64,000 nt of DNA from Shigella phage ESh21: sequence record ON528731. One strand, written 5' to 3'. Both the position numbers and the translations under genes were made by a program. Under the pieces are notes generated by a model. That model saw nothing but the letters and a program-made list of their open reading frames with translations. It was not told the origin of the DNA and made no database searches. The stretch's first letter is position 1; each line of letters opens with the position of its first letter. Below, piece by piece: positions 1 to 8,567 of this stretch.

Positions 1-133
1 ATGATGTTACTTATGAACATGAAAGCCGTGAAGATAAAGACTTGTTTGCACTGTCAATTGACAAAGCTGAAACAATTTATCTTTTTACCTTGACTTTAAA
101 AACATTTGAATATGAAATATATCGGAGCACAAA

Positions 134-271
134 ATGAAACACTCTAAAGCATTTGAAGCAGTATTTGGTGATTCCCTGAAAGCAACTGCTGGTAAGTCTG
201 CTGAACATTACGAAACGAAGCGAGTTCGCACTGGTAAGACTGCTCGTAAAGCTGCCAAGAAAGCTGCTTAA
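134..271 (+). CDS. small basic hypothetical protein (45 aa)
   Basis: ATG at 134 with GGAG about 7 nt upstream; stop TAA 269-271; codon usage like neighbouring genes; below the 60-aa ORF-track cutoff; antisense ORF 77..316 looks low-complexity. Confidence 0.3.
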   Translation: MKHSKAFEAVFGDSLKATAGKSAEHYETKRVRTGKTARKAAKKAA

Positions 272-358
272 AATGTTTGACATGGGGGTATGAAGCATGT
301 AAGATTGTACTCCCAATAAGATTTGAATTGATAGTTAATTTGAGAAAGAGGTATTAAA

Positions 359-1207
359 ATGTCTAAAGTTGTTAAAATGAAATCTCCGGTAGAAAAATAC
401 AACGGTAAAGAACTTGAAACTTATCGTTACCTGCTGAAAGATATTTGGTTCTACTACCTGAATACTATTCCACGTCCTCAGAAGGGCAAGTCTGTAGACA
501 AACATTTCCCAGGCAAAGACTGTAATTACAGCGTTTCAATTCTGGCAAAAGACGGTAACAAGCTCTTTAAAGAGTTCACCAAGTCTAAAAAAAATCCAGA
601 TGGTTGGGATAAGGTCACTACAGAGACTGTTGATGCAGATGACTTTGAAGAGAAGTTTGGTTGTGAGCCTCCATTCGAAGCTGACACTTATTACATCCTG
701 AAGGTTAGCCGTTCAGCAGCTTACAAAGATGGTGCTGTATGGTCAGCAAAACAGAGTTTCCCTGTGATGCTGGTTGAAGAACTGAACGGTAAACGTGTTG
801 CGGTTAAGCAACCTATGAAGAAAATTAAGGCAGCAAAATCTGACAAGCATGACGATGACAAGACTTACGATGTTGTCTGTCCAGATATTGCAGTCGGTAA
901 TGGTTCTTTTGGTAGTGTGATTCTTTCGACTCACTTCTACACCTTCGAAGGTAACGTTCTAACTAAGCCAATTCAGGAGCAGTTTATCATTGATACTCTG
1001 GTTCCATACACTGGTGGTACTGGTGGTGCAACCGAGACTGAACTTGATGAAGACGAACTGGCACTGCTTGGTCTCGCAGGTGTTGAAGACAACGGTGAAA
1101 TCTCTGAAGAAGATGCAAAAGATTCTGATGATGATAAAGGTGGTGATGACGATGACGACCTACCAACACCGGATGATGATGATGACGATTTTGATACTGA
1201 AGATTAA
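359..1207 (+). CDS. hypothetical protein with poly-acidic C-terminal tail (possible ssDNA-binding or DNA-mimic protein)
   Basis: 282-aa ORF, RBS GAGAAAGAGG upstream; C-terminus DDDKGGDDDDDLPTPDDDDDDFDTED; sits next to RNase H-like gene. Confidence 0.6.
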   Translation: MSKVVKMKSPVEKYNGKELETYRYLLKDIWFYYLNTIPRPQKGKSVDKHFPGKDCNYSVSILAKDGNKLFKEFTKSKKNPDGWDKVTTETVDADDFEEKFGCEPPFEADTYYILKVSRSAAYKDGAVWSAKQSFPVMLVEELNGKRVAVKQPMKKIKAAKSDKHDDDKTYDVVCPDIAVGNGSFGSVILSTHFYTFEGNVLTKPIQEQFIIDTLVPYTGGTGGATETELDEDELALLGLAGVEDNGEISEEDAKDSDDDKGGDDDDDLPTPDDDDDDFDTED

Positions 1208-1226
1208 TTCTCAGTAGTTACTACAA

Positions 1227-1256
1227 AGCCCTGTACAGAACGTATAGGGCTTTTTC
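1227..1256 (+). terminator. rho-independent terminator
   Basis: hairpin AGCCCT...AGGGCT followed by TTTTT directly after stop of 359..1207. Confidence 0.6.
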
Positions 1257-1269
1257 GTATGGAGGTACA

Positions 1270-2310
1270 ATGAATCAGTATACACTTACAAAGCTCCCAG
1301 AAAGCGTTACACACGTCTTCATTGACGCAGACAGCATTGCTTACAAGGGTGCTTGTGTAGTTGAAAAAGCAAAGTACAAGTATGTGAATAAACTTACCGC
1401 TGAAGAGTCTGATGACTTTGATAGTGCTAAGTTATCTTCACAATGGTTAGCTGACCAGAGAGTTCTTACAGAGGAACTTGGACTTGACTTTGATGAAGAT
1501 GAATGGGAAAGACAGACTTGGAAGGAAGCCAAGAGTGAAAAAGAAGCTATTATGGCGACTCAGCAGGTTCTTCAAGAATGGCTTAAAGTTGTCGGTAAAG
1601 AGCGTCAATGGATGGGTTACCTGACTGAGAAGGGTGTTCACAAACACAAAGACATTAAAGGTCTTGAACATCAATACCAAGGTAACAGGAAAGATGCGGT
1701 GACACCTACGCACCTAGTTGCTTGTCGTGAGTATCTTCTGTCACGACCTGAGTTTAAGCTTCTCAAAGGTGGCTTTGAAGCTGACTCAATCGTTATTGCA
1801 AAAGCTGAAAAGATGGGTAAAAAAGCTGCTCTTATGAGTATTGATAAAGACCTTCGTCAAGCTGAAGGTACATATTGTATTGATATGACTTATGAGAAAG
1901 CACCACTTATCTTTATTGCTGATAATAACGTTGGAGAGATTTGGGATTGCCCTATCAAATCCAAACCAAAAGCTAAGAAGACAGTCGGAGTAGGCTTCAA
2001 ATTCCTCTGCTATCAAGCTGTAGCAGGTGATAATGCAGATAACTACTTTGGCCTTAAGGGTGCTGGTAAAGTTGCTGTAATGAACGCTCTGGAAGGTAAA
2101 ACAACCTACAGAGAATGTTTAGATGCTGTTTATGAGTTGTATGCAAAGAAAGACTCTTACACCTATGTGTCGTGGGACGGTCAAACAATTACCAGAACAC
2201 CTTTAGAGTTAATGCACCAGCACTTCTGGATTGCATACCAAGAGCGAAATCCAAAGGATGATTTCACGTTTGAAAAATATGGATGGGAGCCTACTATGAA
2301 TGAAGATTAA
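1270..2310 (+). CDS. rnh: RNase H / 5'-3' exonuclease (FEN family, T4 rnh-like)
   Basis: N-terminal HVFIDADSIAYKGA, central SIDKDLRQAEG, C-terminal GDNADNYFGLKGAGKVAV H3TH-like motif; pattern matches T4 RNase H (memory-based comparison). Confidence 0.65.
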   Translation: MNQYTLTKLPESVTHVFIDADSIAYKGACVVEKAKYKYVNKLTAEESDDFDSAKLSSQWLADQRVLTEELGLDFDEDEWERQTWKEAKSEKEAIMATQQVLQEWLKVVGKERQWMGYLTEKGVHKHKDIKGLEHQYQGNRKDAVTPTHLVACREYLLSRPEFKLLKGGFEADSIVIAKAEKMGKKAALMSIDKDLRQAEGTYCIDMTYEKAPLIFIADNNVGEIWDCPIKSKPKAKKTVGVGFKFLCYQAVAGDNADNYFGLKGAGKVAVMNALEGKTTYRECLDAVYELYAKKDSYTYVSWDGQTITRTPLELMHQHFWIAYQERNPKDDFTFEKYGWEPTMNED

Positions 2311-2809
2311 AGGTTTCGGTAATTGTCCTGTTTATGGTCATTGGGTATCTTTATGCGGGGAAGTTGACCCCGCTAAACTGTTCGGGTTTGTCTATCTAGT
2401 CTATTGTAAGAAAACTGGACAGTATTACATTGGTAAAAAACAGTTCAATAGTATCACTAAGAAGAAGGTTGCTGGAAAGACCAGACGTAAGGTTGTCACC
2501 AAAGAGAGTGACTGGATGGTTTACCAGACTTCTTCTGAGTACATTAAGAAAGATATTGAAGCTTTTGGTATGAAAGAGTTTGACTTCTACATTGTGCAAA
2601 CCTATTATACACGAGGTGGATTAGTCTACGGAGAAGCAAATCTCCAACATAAGTTCGATGTTATGACAAAAAGGATTGACTCGAAACTCAGACTCTTCTA
2701 CAATGCCAATATTGCAGCTATCAAGTTCCTTACAAAAGAAACTTATGAAGAAGCTGAGAAACGTATTAACAAAATCATGAAGCTTAACGAGAGAGAAAAT
2801 CATGTTTAA
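2300..2809 (+). CDS. GIY-YIG-like nuclease domain protein (DenA/endonuclease II-like)
   Basis: motif FVYLVYCKKTGQYYIGKK resembles GIY-(10-11)-YIG; 11-nt overlap with upstream gene. Confidence 0.45.
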   Translation: MKIKGFGNCPVYGHWVSLCGEVDPAKLFGFVYLVYCKKTGQYYIGKKQFNSITKKKVAGKTRRKVVTKESDWMVYQTSSEYIKKDIEAFGMKEFDFYIVQTYYTRGGLVYGEANLQHKFDVMTKRIDSKLRLFYNANIAAIKFLTKETYEEAEKRINKIMKLNERENHV

Positions 2810-3011
2810 ATCTATCAAGCACGACCATCAAGCTAAAATCGAAGCTGGCTTGGATAATCTGAAGACGGTTATTGCAAAGGCTAAAGAAGCCACTGAAACA
2901 GAGATGGATGCTCTGGAGTCTCAAATTCAGCACCTGATTAACAAACGTGTTGAACTGAAAGCCCGTCTGGATTATATTTTGTCTAAACAGGAATTGTTTC
3001 AGGAGGTTTAA
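2802..3011 (+). CDS. small hypothetical protein (coiled-coil)
   Basis: 69-aa ORF, translationally coupled to neighbours. Confidence 0.45.
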   Translation: MFKSIKHDHQAKIEAGLDNLKTVIAKAKEATETEMDALESQIQHLINKRVELKARLDYILSKQELFQEV

Positions 3012-3766
3012 TGTTTAATTCCAGAGAATCCGTAGTAAATTGGAATCTTCGTTGTGGTAATACTCCAAAGGTTCTATACAGCCCTGAATATTGGGAATCA
3101 CTGAAGAGTCAATCTCTTTGTATGTTGGAAGAAGCTAAAGAGTTAGTGTCAGCAGTTGAAGCAAAAGACCCTGTTGAAACCCTTGATGCTCAGGCTGATT
3201 TGCAGTATGTTTTAGATGGTTTGGTATTCTTGTCACAGCATGACCACGATGGTGCTATGGAAGCTGTTTGCCAGAATAACAACCTGAAATATACAGATAA
3301 CTATCAAGAAGCTGTACAACGTATGTTTGACATTGAGAAACGTACTGGTGATGAATGCTATCTACGCCCGTCAATGGTTGAAGGTAAAGAGTGGTTTGCA
3401 GTAGTACGTAAATCAGATGGTAAGATTATGAAGCAGTCTAATCTCCCAAAAGTTCAGCTTGCAGAGTTTATCGCAGAGGTTGAATCTAAAGAGTTATTCG
3501 TGGTAGTATCTGACACATGTGTTATCTGTCAGGGCTTACTAGGAAGTCTGAGAAGCCTTGGTGTAGATAACTTCACAGAAATTACTCCAATCAGTTCTAA
3601 AGCTGATAGAGATTTCTGTAGAGATAATGACTTGTGGGTTGCAGATATCGTTTACTACGATGGTGAGAAGTTCCATACGACCTCATACCCGAAGTTGAAC
3701 TATGATGCAAATAACCTGAAGAATTGGTTAAAAGGGGTAGGTTATAATGGATTCACAGAACACTAA
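3011..3766 (+). CDS. MazG-like nucleotide pyrophosphohydrolase domain protein
   Basis: LEEAKELVSAVEAKDPVETLDAQADLQYVLDGLVF resembles the MazG EExxE...D helix pair; ATGA overlap with upstream stop. Confidence 0.45.
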   Translation: MFNSRESVVNWNLRCGNTPKVLYSPEYWESLKSQSLCMLEEAKELVSAVEAKDPVETLDAQADLQYVLDGLVFLSQHDHDGAMEAVCQNNNLKYTDNYQEAVQRMFDIEKRTGDECYLRPSMVEGKEWFAVVRKSDGKIMKQSNLPKVQLAEFIAEVESKELFVVVSDTCVICQGLLGSLRSLGVDNFTEITPISSKADRDFCRDNDLWVADIVYYDGEKFHTTSYPKLNYDANNLKNWLKGVGYNGFTEH

Positions 3767-4070
3767 TAAAGCAGAGGTGGCTCAGGAGAGCCATTTCTCA
3801 AACTATAATATTTCTATGACAGTATTCATGAATGATTCACTGTTAGCGAAATATGGTGAAACTCCAGATACACTTCTGGATAACGAACAAGTTCTTAAAG
3901 CTGTCCTGTACAAATATGGCTTTAACATTGATAAAAAGTTCTCTTATGAGATTTGTCAGCACAGAAATACTTATGGTCAAGTAGTTGTAGCTCCTCTGTT
4001 TATTGGTGTAGAACGCACAGATGAGCAGTGGACTTATTTAAAACGAAATCTGGATAGATACCATGTCTAA
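3747..4070 (+). CDS. hypothetical protein
   Basis: 107-aa ORF in operon context. Confidence 0.45.
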   Translation: MDSQNTNKAEVAQESHFSNYNISMTVFMNDSLLAKYGETPDTLLDNEQVLKAVLYKYGFNIDKKFSYEICQHRNTYGQVVVAPLFIGVERTDEQWTYLKRNLDRYHV

Positions 4071-4398
4071 AGCTAAAAAGTTGACTATTGAAGATGTTAA
4101 ATCTGGTGTAGAACTAGGTGTTGACAAATATGGAGAACCACTCCACTTCGGTGACTTTGTAATGTATACAGAAGATTGCAAAGGTCGTAGTGATATTAAG
4201 TTTGGTCGTGTTGTTTCTAAAGTTCGTGGTAACTTTTCAATTGCAAGGATTGATGACAATATCCATGAAAAACTTGAAAGAATCTTCAGTGACCAATATG
4301 GTAGCTGGTATTGCAATGCAATGTCTAAAGGCTCAATTACCAAAGTATCTCAAAGATTCTACGAACTCTGGGATAATCAAAAGATTTTTAGCATTTAA
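4063..4398 (+). CDS. hypothetical protein
   Basis: 111-aa ORF, 8-nt overlap with upstream gene. Confidence 0.45.
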   Translation: MSKAKKLTIEDVKSGVELGVDKYGEPLHFGDFVMYTEDCKGRSDIKFGRVVSKVRGNFSIARIDDNIHEKLERIFSDQYGSWYCNAMSKGSITKVSQRFYELWDNQKIFSI

Positions 4399-4405
4399 TC
4401 TCTAA

Positions 4406-4429
4406 GGGGTCTCTTCGGAGACCCTTTTC
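4406..4429 (+). terminator. rho-independent terminator
   Basis: GGGTCTC-TTCG-GAGACCC hairpin followed by TTTT. Confidence 0.7.
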
Positions 4430-4447
4430 ACCTGTAGGATTCAAATA

Positions 4448-6682
4448 ATGATTAAAACTATTCGCAAATCTAACGGAAACGTTGTAACATTCGAGCCTGA
4501 ACGTTTGAATAAGTGGGCTTCATGGGCTGACAAACGAGGTATTATCTGGTCAGAAGTTACAATGGAAGCTATGAAACGTGTCTATGAAGGTTGCACCACT
4601 AAAGAAATGCACCAAGCTATGATTGACGTTTGTATTGATAAGCAAAGTCAAGAATACTCTGACATGGCTGGACGACTTCTGTTAGGTATTATCTATAAAG
4701 AAGCTTTTGGTGGATTCACTAAAGTTCCAAATCTTTACGTATTTGTTAAGAATATGGAAGAGTCAGGTTTATGGGAGAAGATGGATTACTCACGAGAAGA
4801 GTTAGAATACCTTCAAGGCTTCATCGTTCACTCAAAAGATATCTCATATGGTTATGCAGTACTGAAACAGTTCCGTGACAAGTACGGAATCCGTGACATT
4901 AAAACTGGACAACTCTTTGAGTCACCTCAGTTTATGTTTATGGGAATGGCTATGAAAGCCTTTGAGAGACAGCCTAAGCACCGTCGCTTAGAGGATGTTA
5001 TCAAGCTGTATACTTATCTGTCAGACTTGAAAATTAATGCTCCAACTCCTTACCTGAATGGTTTGAGAGCTACTAAGTCAGGTTATGCTTCATGCTGCTT
5101 GATTAAAGCTAACGATACCGCTGAATCACTTGGTATTGCTACAAAGGTAGCTTATGATATGACTACAAAGCAAGCTGGTATTGGTATGCTTATGGAGACC
5201 AGAACGATTGGTGACGGGATTCGTCAGAATACCATTGAGCATATGGGGAAACTCCCTTATTATAAGCTTGTACGTGCTGCTGTAGAGGCTAATAAACAAA
5301 AGAGTCGAGGTGGTTCAGCGAACAACTTCTACACTGCTCTTGACCCTCAGATTGAAGATTTACTTCGTCTGAAGCACCCTACAACGGTTACTTCAAAGCG
5401 TATTAATGAGATGGATTACTCATTTGGAACAAACGATTACTTCTGGCAATGTGTGCAGTACGATACAGATTGGCTACTGTTCTCTTACAAGGACGCTCCA
5501 AAATTGTATGATATGTTCTATACAGCAAGTGCAGATGAGTTTGCAATGGCTGTTGGACATGCGGTTCACACTGGTGTTAAACATAAACGAGTAAAAGCTC
5601 GTGAGATTGCTAAGTTGTTTATCCAGCAACGTTATGCAACTGGTCGTGTTTATCCGTTCTTTACGAACAACGCAAACACACATACGCCGTTCAAAGAACC
5701 TTTGAAAATGTCTAACCTGTGCATGGAAATTATATTGCCAGTTTATGGATTTGAGAAAGAGACAGACCTTTACAGCTACAATGCTGCTAAAGAAGATGGT
5801 GAAGTAGCTCTTTGCTTCCTAGCTAGTTTGGTTGCAGGGAGAATTTCAGAAGATGAATACGCTGACGTTGCTTATTATGCTCTTGCAATGGTTGACTCCG
5901 TTATTGACCTTATGGATTACCCGTATCCGTCGATGTGTAACCATGTACAGAAACGTCGCTCTGTTGGGATTGGCCTTACAAATGTGGCTCATTACCTTGC
6001 AAAGAACTACGTGAACTACTCTTCAAGGGCTGGTAAAACGAAGCTACATGAACTTGCAGAGATGCACTCATTCTATCTGCATGAGGCTTCACTGAGACTG
6101 TCTAAAGAGCGTGGTGTACCTGAGTACATGAAGTTTACTAAGTACCCTGATGGTTGGGTTCCAACTAAGACAGCTAACAAGAAGATTGATGAAAAACATG
6201 ATGCAAAACTAAGATATGATTGGGATGACTTAGCACAACGTATCAAAGAAAATGGTGGAATCCGAAACTCTGTATTAGAAGCTTACATGCCTAACGAGAG
6301 TTCTTCACTAGCAACTAATACGACAAATGGCTTGTACCCAATCCGTGACTTTATTTTAACTAAAAAGTCTGCAACTGGTAACGTACTGTTTATCGTACCA
6401 GACTACGAAGAGTTGAAGTATGTCTATGAAATTGCTTGGGATATTGACACATTTGATATGATTGATTGCTATGCAATTGTTCAAAAATTCACTGGTCAAG
6501 CTATCTCTTCAGATTTCTATGTTGACTACTCGAAGTCTAAGAAGGTATCATTAGAGCAAGCTCTGAAGTACATGATTTATGCTAACTCAGTTGGTATGAA
6601 AACCATGTATTACCTTAACAGTCGTATTGGTGTTGGTAAGTCAGCACTACAAGATACTTACTGTGAAGGTTGTGGTGTTTAG
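4448..6682 (+). CDS. nrdA: ribonucleotide reductase class Ia large subunit
   Basis: 744 aa; N-terminal ATP-cone-like region; C-terminal CEGCGV redox tail; adjacent nrdB. Confidence 0.9.
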   Translation: MIKTIRKSNGNVVTFEPERLNKWASWADKRGIIWSEVTMEAMKRVYEGCTTKEMHQAMIDVCIDKQSQEYSDMAGRLLLGIIYKEAFGGFTKVPNLYVFVKNMEESGLWEKMDYSREELEYLQGFIVHSKDISYGYAVLKQFRDKYGIRDIKTGQLFESPQFMFMGMAMKAFERQPKHRRLEDVIKLYTYLSDLKINAPTPYLNGLRATKSGYASCCLIKANDTAESLGIATKVAYDMTTKQAGIGMLMETRTIGDGIRQNTIEHMGKLPYYKLVRAAVEANKQKSRGGSANNFYTALDPQIEDLLRLKHPTTVTSKRINEMDYSFGTNDYFWQCVQYDTDWLLFSYKDAPKLYDMFYTASADEFAMAVGHAVHTGVKHKRVKAREIAKLFIQQRYATGRVYPFFTNNANTHTPFKEPLKMSNLCMEIILPVYGFEKETDLYSYNAAKEDGEVALCFLASLVAGRISEDEYADVAYYALAMVDSVIDLMDYPYPSMCNHVQKRRSVGIGLTNVAHYLAKNYVNYSSRAGKTKLHELAEMHSFYLHEASLRLSKERGVPEYMKFTKYPDGWVPTKTANKKIDEKHDAKLRYDWDDLAQRIKENGGIRNSVLEAYMPNESSSLATNTTNGLYPIRDFILTKKSATGNVLFIVPDYEELKYVYEIAWDIDTFDMIDCYAIVQKFTGQAISSDFYVDYSKSKKVSLEQALKYMIYANSVGMKTMYYLNSRIGVGKSALQDTYCEGCGV

Positions 6683-6737
6683 TTTCAATAACTATGAGGG
6701 TCGTAAAAGACCCTCTAAAATTAACTTTGGAGAGTCT

Positions 6738-7013
6738 ATGATAGACTTAATAGAATCCGCAAGAAATAAAGCAGAAGGCAAATCTGTTTATCTGATGTAT
6801 AAGCCAAGAAATACACTTTACTATGTTGCCAGTACAGAGGTAATGGTAAAGCAGGATGATGATTCTTGGAAGAAATGTGTGAGATATATTGACTGCTTTA
6901 ATGGCGGCAAAGAATATGTTAGAGCACCTGAGTTATTTAATATGGAAAACTGGCTAGTCCTTACAAGACAAGCTGCGAGAGATATGTTCAGAACAGGAAA
7001 ATTACCAGAATGA
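6738..7013 (+). CDS. hypothetical protein
   Basis: ATG 6738 after GGAGAG; longer ORF-track version 6627..7013 overlaps nrdA 3' end, so a downstream start is preferred. Confidence 0.4.
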   Translation: MIDLIESARNKAEGKSVYLMYKPRNTLYYVASTEVMVKQDDDSWKKCVRYIDCFNGGKEYVRAPELFNMENWLVLTRQAARDMFRTGKLPE

Positions 7014-8083
7014 TTAATTCACATCCAATCTTCTTAGGTGAAGAACGTAAGACTTTTGATTCACTTAATAAATACTATCCAAAAATCTTTGAACTGTATA
7101 AGCAGCAGAAAGCTCAAGACTGGTCTGAAGAGGAATTTCCATTTGAGCAATCACGCTTAGACTTTGAGAGTGTCCCTCAGTCAATGTCTGGGGTTATGCT
7201 TGAAATTCTTAAATGGCAATGGGAAGCAGATACCCAAGTTGCCAAGAGTTTAGCATTCGCTTTTGCACCGTTTATCTCTGATGACATTTATGCAACTGCA
7301 ATCATGAAGCAATCTGAAATTGAGAACCTTCATGCTTTAACTTATTCTGAGATTGTTCGTCAGTGTATCAAGAATCCTGAAACAATCCTTGATGAGATTA
7401 ACAATAACGTTGCTGTTCAAGACCGTCTGAAGACAGTGAACAGAACTTTACAAGAACTACTTGACGAAGGTATCAACTATCGTTTAAGTTACGTTCGTCA
7501 GGAACTGACAGATAAAGACCCTTTACATTTCCATAAGGCAATCTTAAAGGCTCTCTTTGCAGTGACTGCTTTGGAAGGCATTTCCTTCATGGCATCTTTT
7601 GCATGTACTTTTGCACTGGATGCACAAGATAAGTTCCAAGGTATTGCACAAGCTGTTCAAAAGATTATGCTTGATGAAATTATTCACACCAAAATTGATA
7701 TCGAAGTGTTGAAAGAAACTCTGAAGGATGAGAACTGGCAGGAAGCATTCAGACAGATTATGCCAGAGATTAAAGTTATTCTGGACGAAGTTGTTGAATG
7801 TGAAGAGAAGTGGTCTTACTATATCTTCTCTGAAGGTCGAGCAGTTGTAGGTTTAAACACAAAACTTCTTCACGAATGGGTTTACTATAATGCTGCACCG
7901 CTGTATGATATGTTTGGAATCCCAAGAGATTTCGTAGCTCCTAAAGAAGCTCCACTTGCTTACATGATTAAGAAGATGGAAATCGACAAAGAGCAAAATG
8001 CTAACCAAGAACAGCAAAATGGTGCTTACTTGCTTAACACAGTTGTAGATGATTTATCTTCAGGATTTTTAGAGGTTCCTTAA
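7010..8083 (+). CDS. nrdB: ribonucleotide reductase class Ia small subunit
   Basis: 357 aa; ferritin-like di-iron radical subunit pattern; ATGA overlap with upstream gene. Confidence 0.85.
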   Translation: MINSHPIFLGEERKTFDSLNKYYPKIFELYKQQKAQDWSEEEFPFEQSRLDFESVPQSMSGVMLEILKWQWEADTQVAKSLAFAFAPFISDDIYATAIMKQSEIENLHALTYSEIVRQCIKNPETILDEINNNVAVQDRLKTVNRTLQELLDEGINYRLSYVRQELTDKDPLHFHKAILKALFAVTALEGISFMASFACTFALDAQDKFQGIAQAVQKIMLDEIIHTKIDIEVLKETLKDENWQEAFRQIMPEIKVILDEVVECEEKWSYYIFSEGRAVVGLNTKLLHEWVYYNAAPLYDMFGIPRDFVAPKEAPLAYMIKKMEIDKEQNANQEQQNGAYLLNTVVDDLSSGFLEVP

Positions 8084-8328
8084 TGACTTATGTAATTTAT
8101 TCAAAAGACGGTTGCCCTCAGTGTGTAACCGCAAAGAATTTTGCTCAAGCTCGTGGGATTGACCACATTGTAAGAATGCTTGGCAAAGACTATGAACTCC
8201 AAGATTTGATGGGCATTGCAAAAATGCCAGTTCGTCAAATGCCGTTCATCATGAAAACGGAAGATACAGTTTTAACTCCTGTAGGTACTTTACAAAACTT
8301 CATGGCAGAGGTGAATAATGCTGGATAA
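8083..8328 (+). CDS. glutaredoxin/NrdH-like redoxin
   Basis: 81 aa with CPQC active-site motif near N-terminus; directly follows nrdB. Confidence 0.7.
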   Translation: MTYVIYSKDGCPQCVTAKNFAQARGIDHIVRMLGKDYELQDLMGIAKMPVRQMPFIMKTEDTVLTPVGTLQNFMAEVNNAG

Positions 8329-8524
8329 AATCTTTAAAGGCTTCAAAGAAGATGCTCCTATGCTTCTCTGGGTAATTTTCTTGCTGAACATGTTCATTGA
8401 CTTTAAACAAGGTTTAATGTTCGGGTTTATGCTAGTATGGCTAATCATTGAAATTCTAGACATTCAGTTTGGATGGAGTACCAAGGTTAAAAACTTCCTT
8501 GATAATCTCTTAAACAAAAATTAA
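8318..8524 (+). CDS. small membrane protein (holin-like candidate)
   Basis: 68 aa, two hydrophobic segments (LLWVIFLLNMFI, FGFMLVWLIIEIL). Confidence 0.4.
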   Translation: MLDKIFKGFKEDAPMLLWVIFLLNMFIDFKQGLMFGFMLVWLIIEILDIQFGWSTKVKNFLDNLLNKN

Positions 8525-8529
8525 AATAA

Positions 8530-8552
8530 GGGTCTCTTCGGAGACCTTTTTC
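8530..8552 (+). terminator. rho-independent terminator
   Basis: GGGTCTC-TTCG-GAGACC hairpin + TTTTT. Confidence 0.7.
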
Positions 8553-8567
8553 ATATCAGGAGTTAGA

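Noticed and set aside
77-316. 79-aa minus-strand ORF at the window start
   Set aside because: Low-complexity translation, antisense to a better-looking small plus-strand ORF (134..271) with an RBS; likely spurious.
743-1217. Short ORFs (743..934 minus, 987..1169 minus, 990..1217 plus) inside the 359..1207 gene
   Set aside because: Fully nested in or antisense to a longer gene; His/Gln-rich or Met-rich junk translations from the acidic-tail coding repeat.
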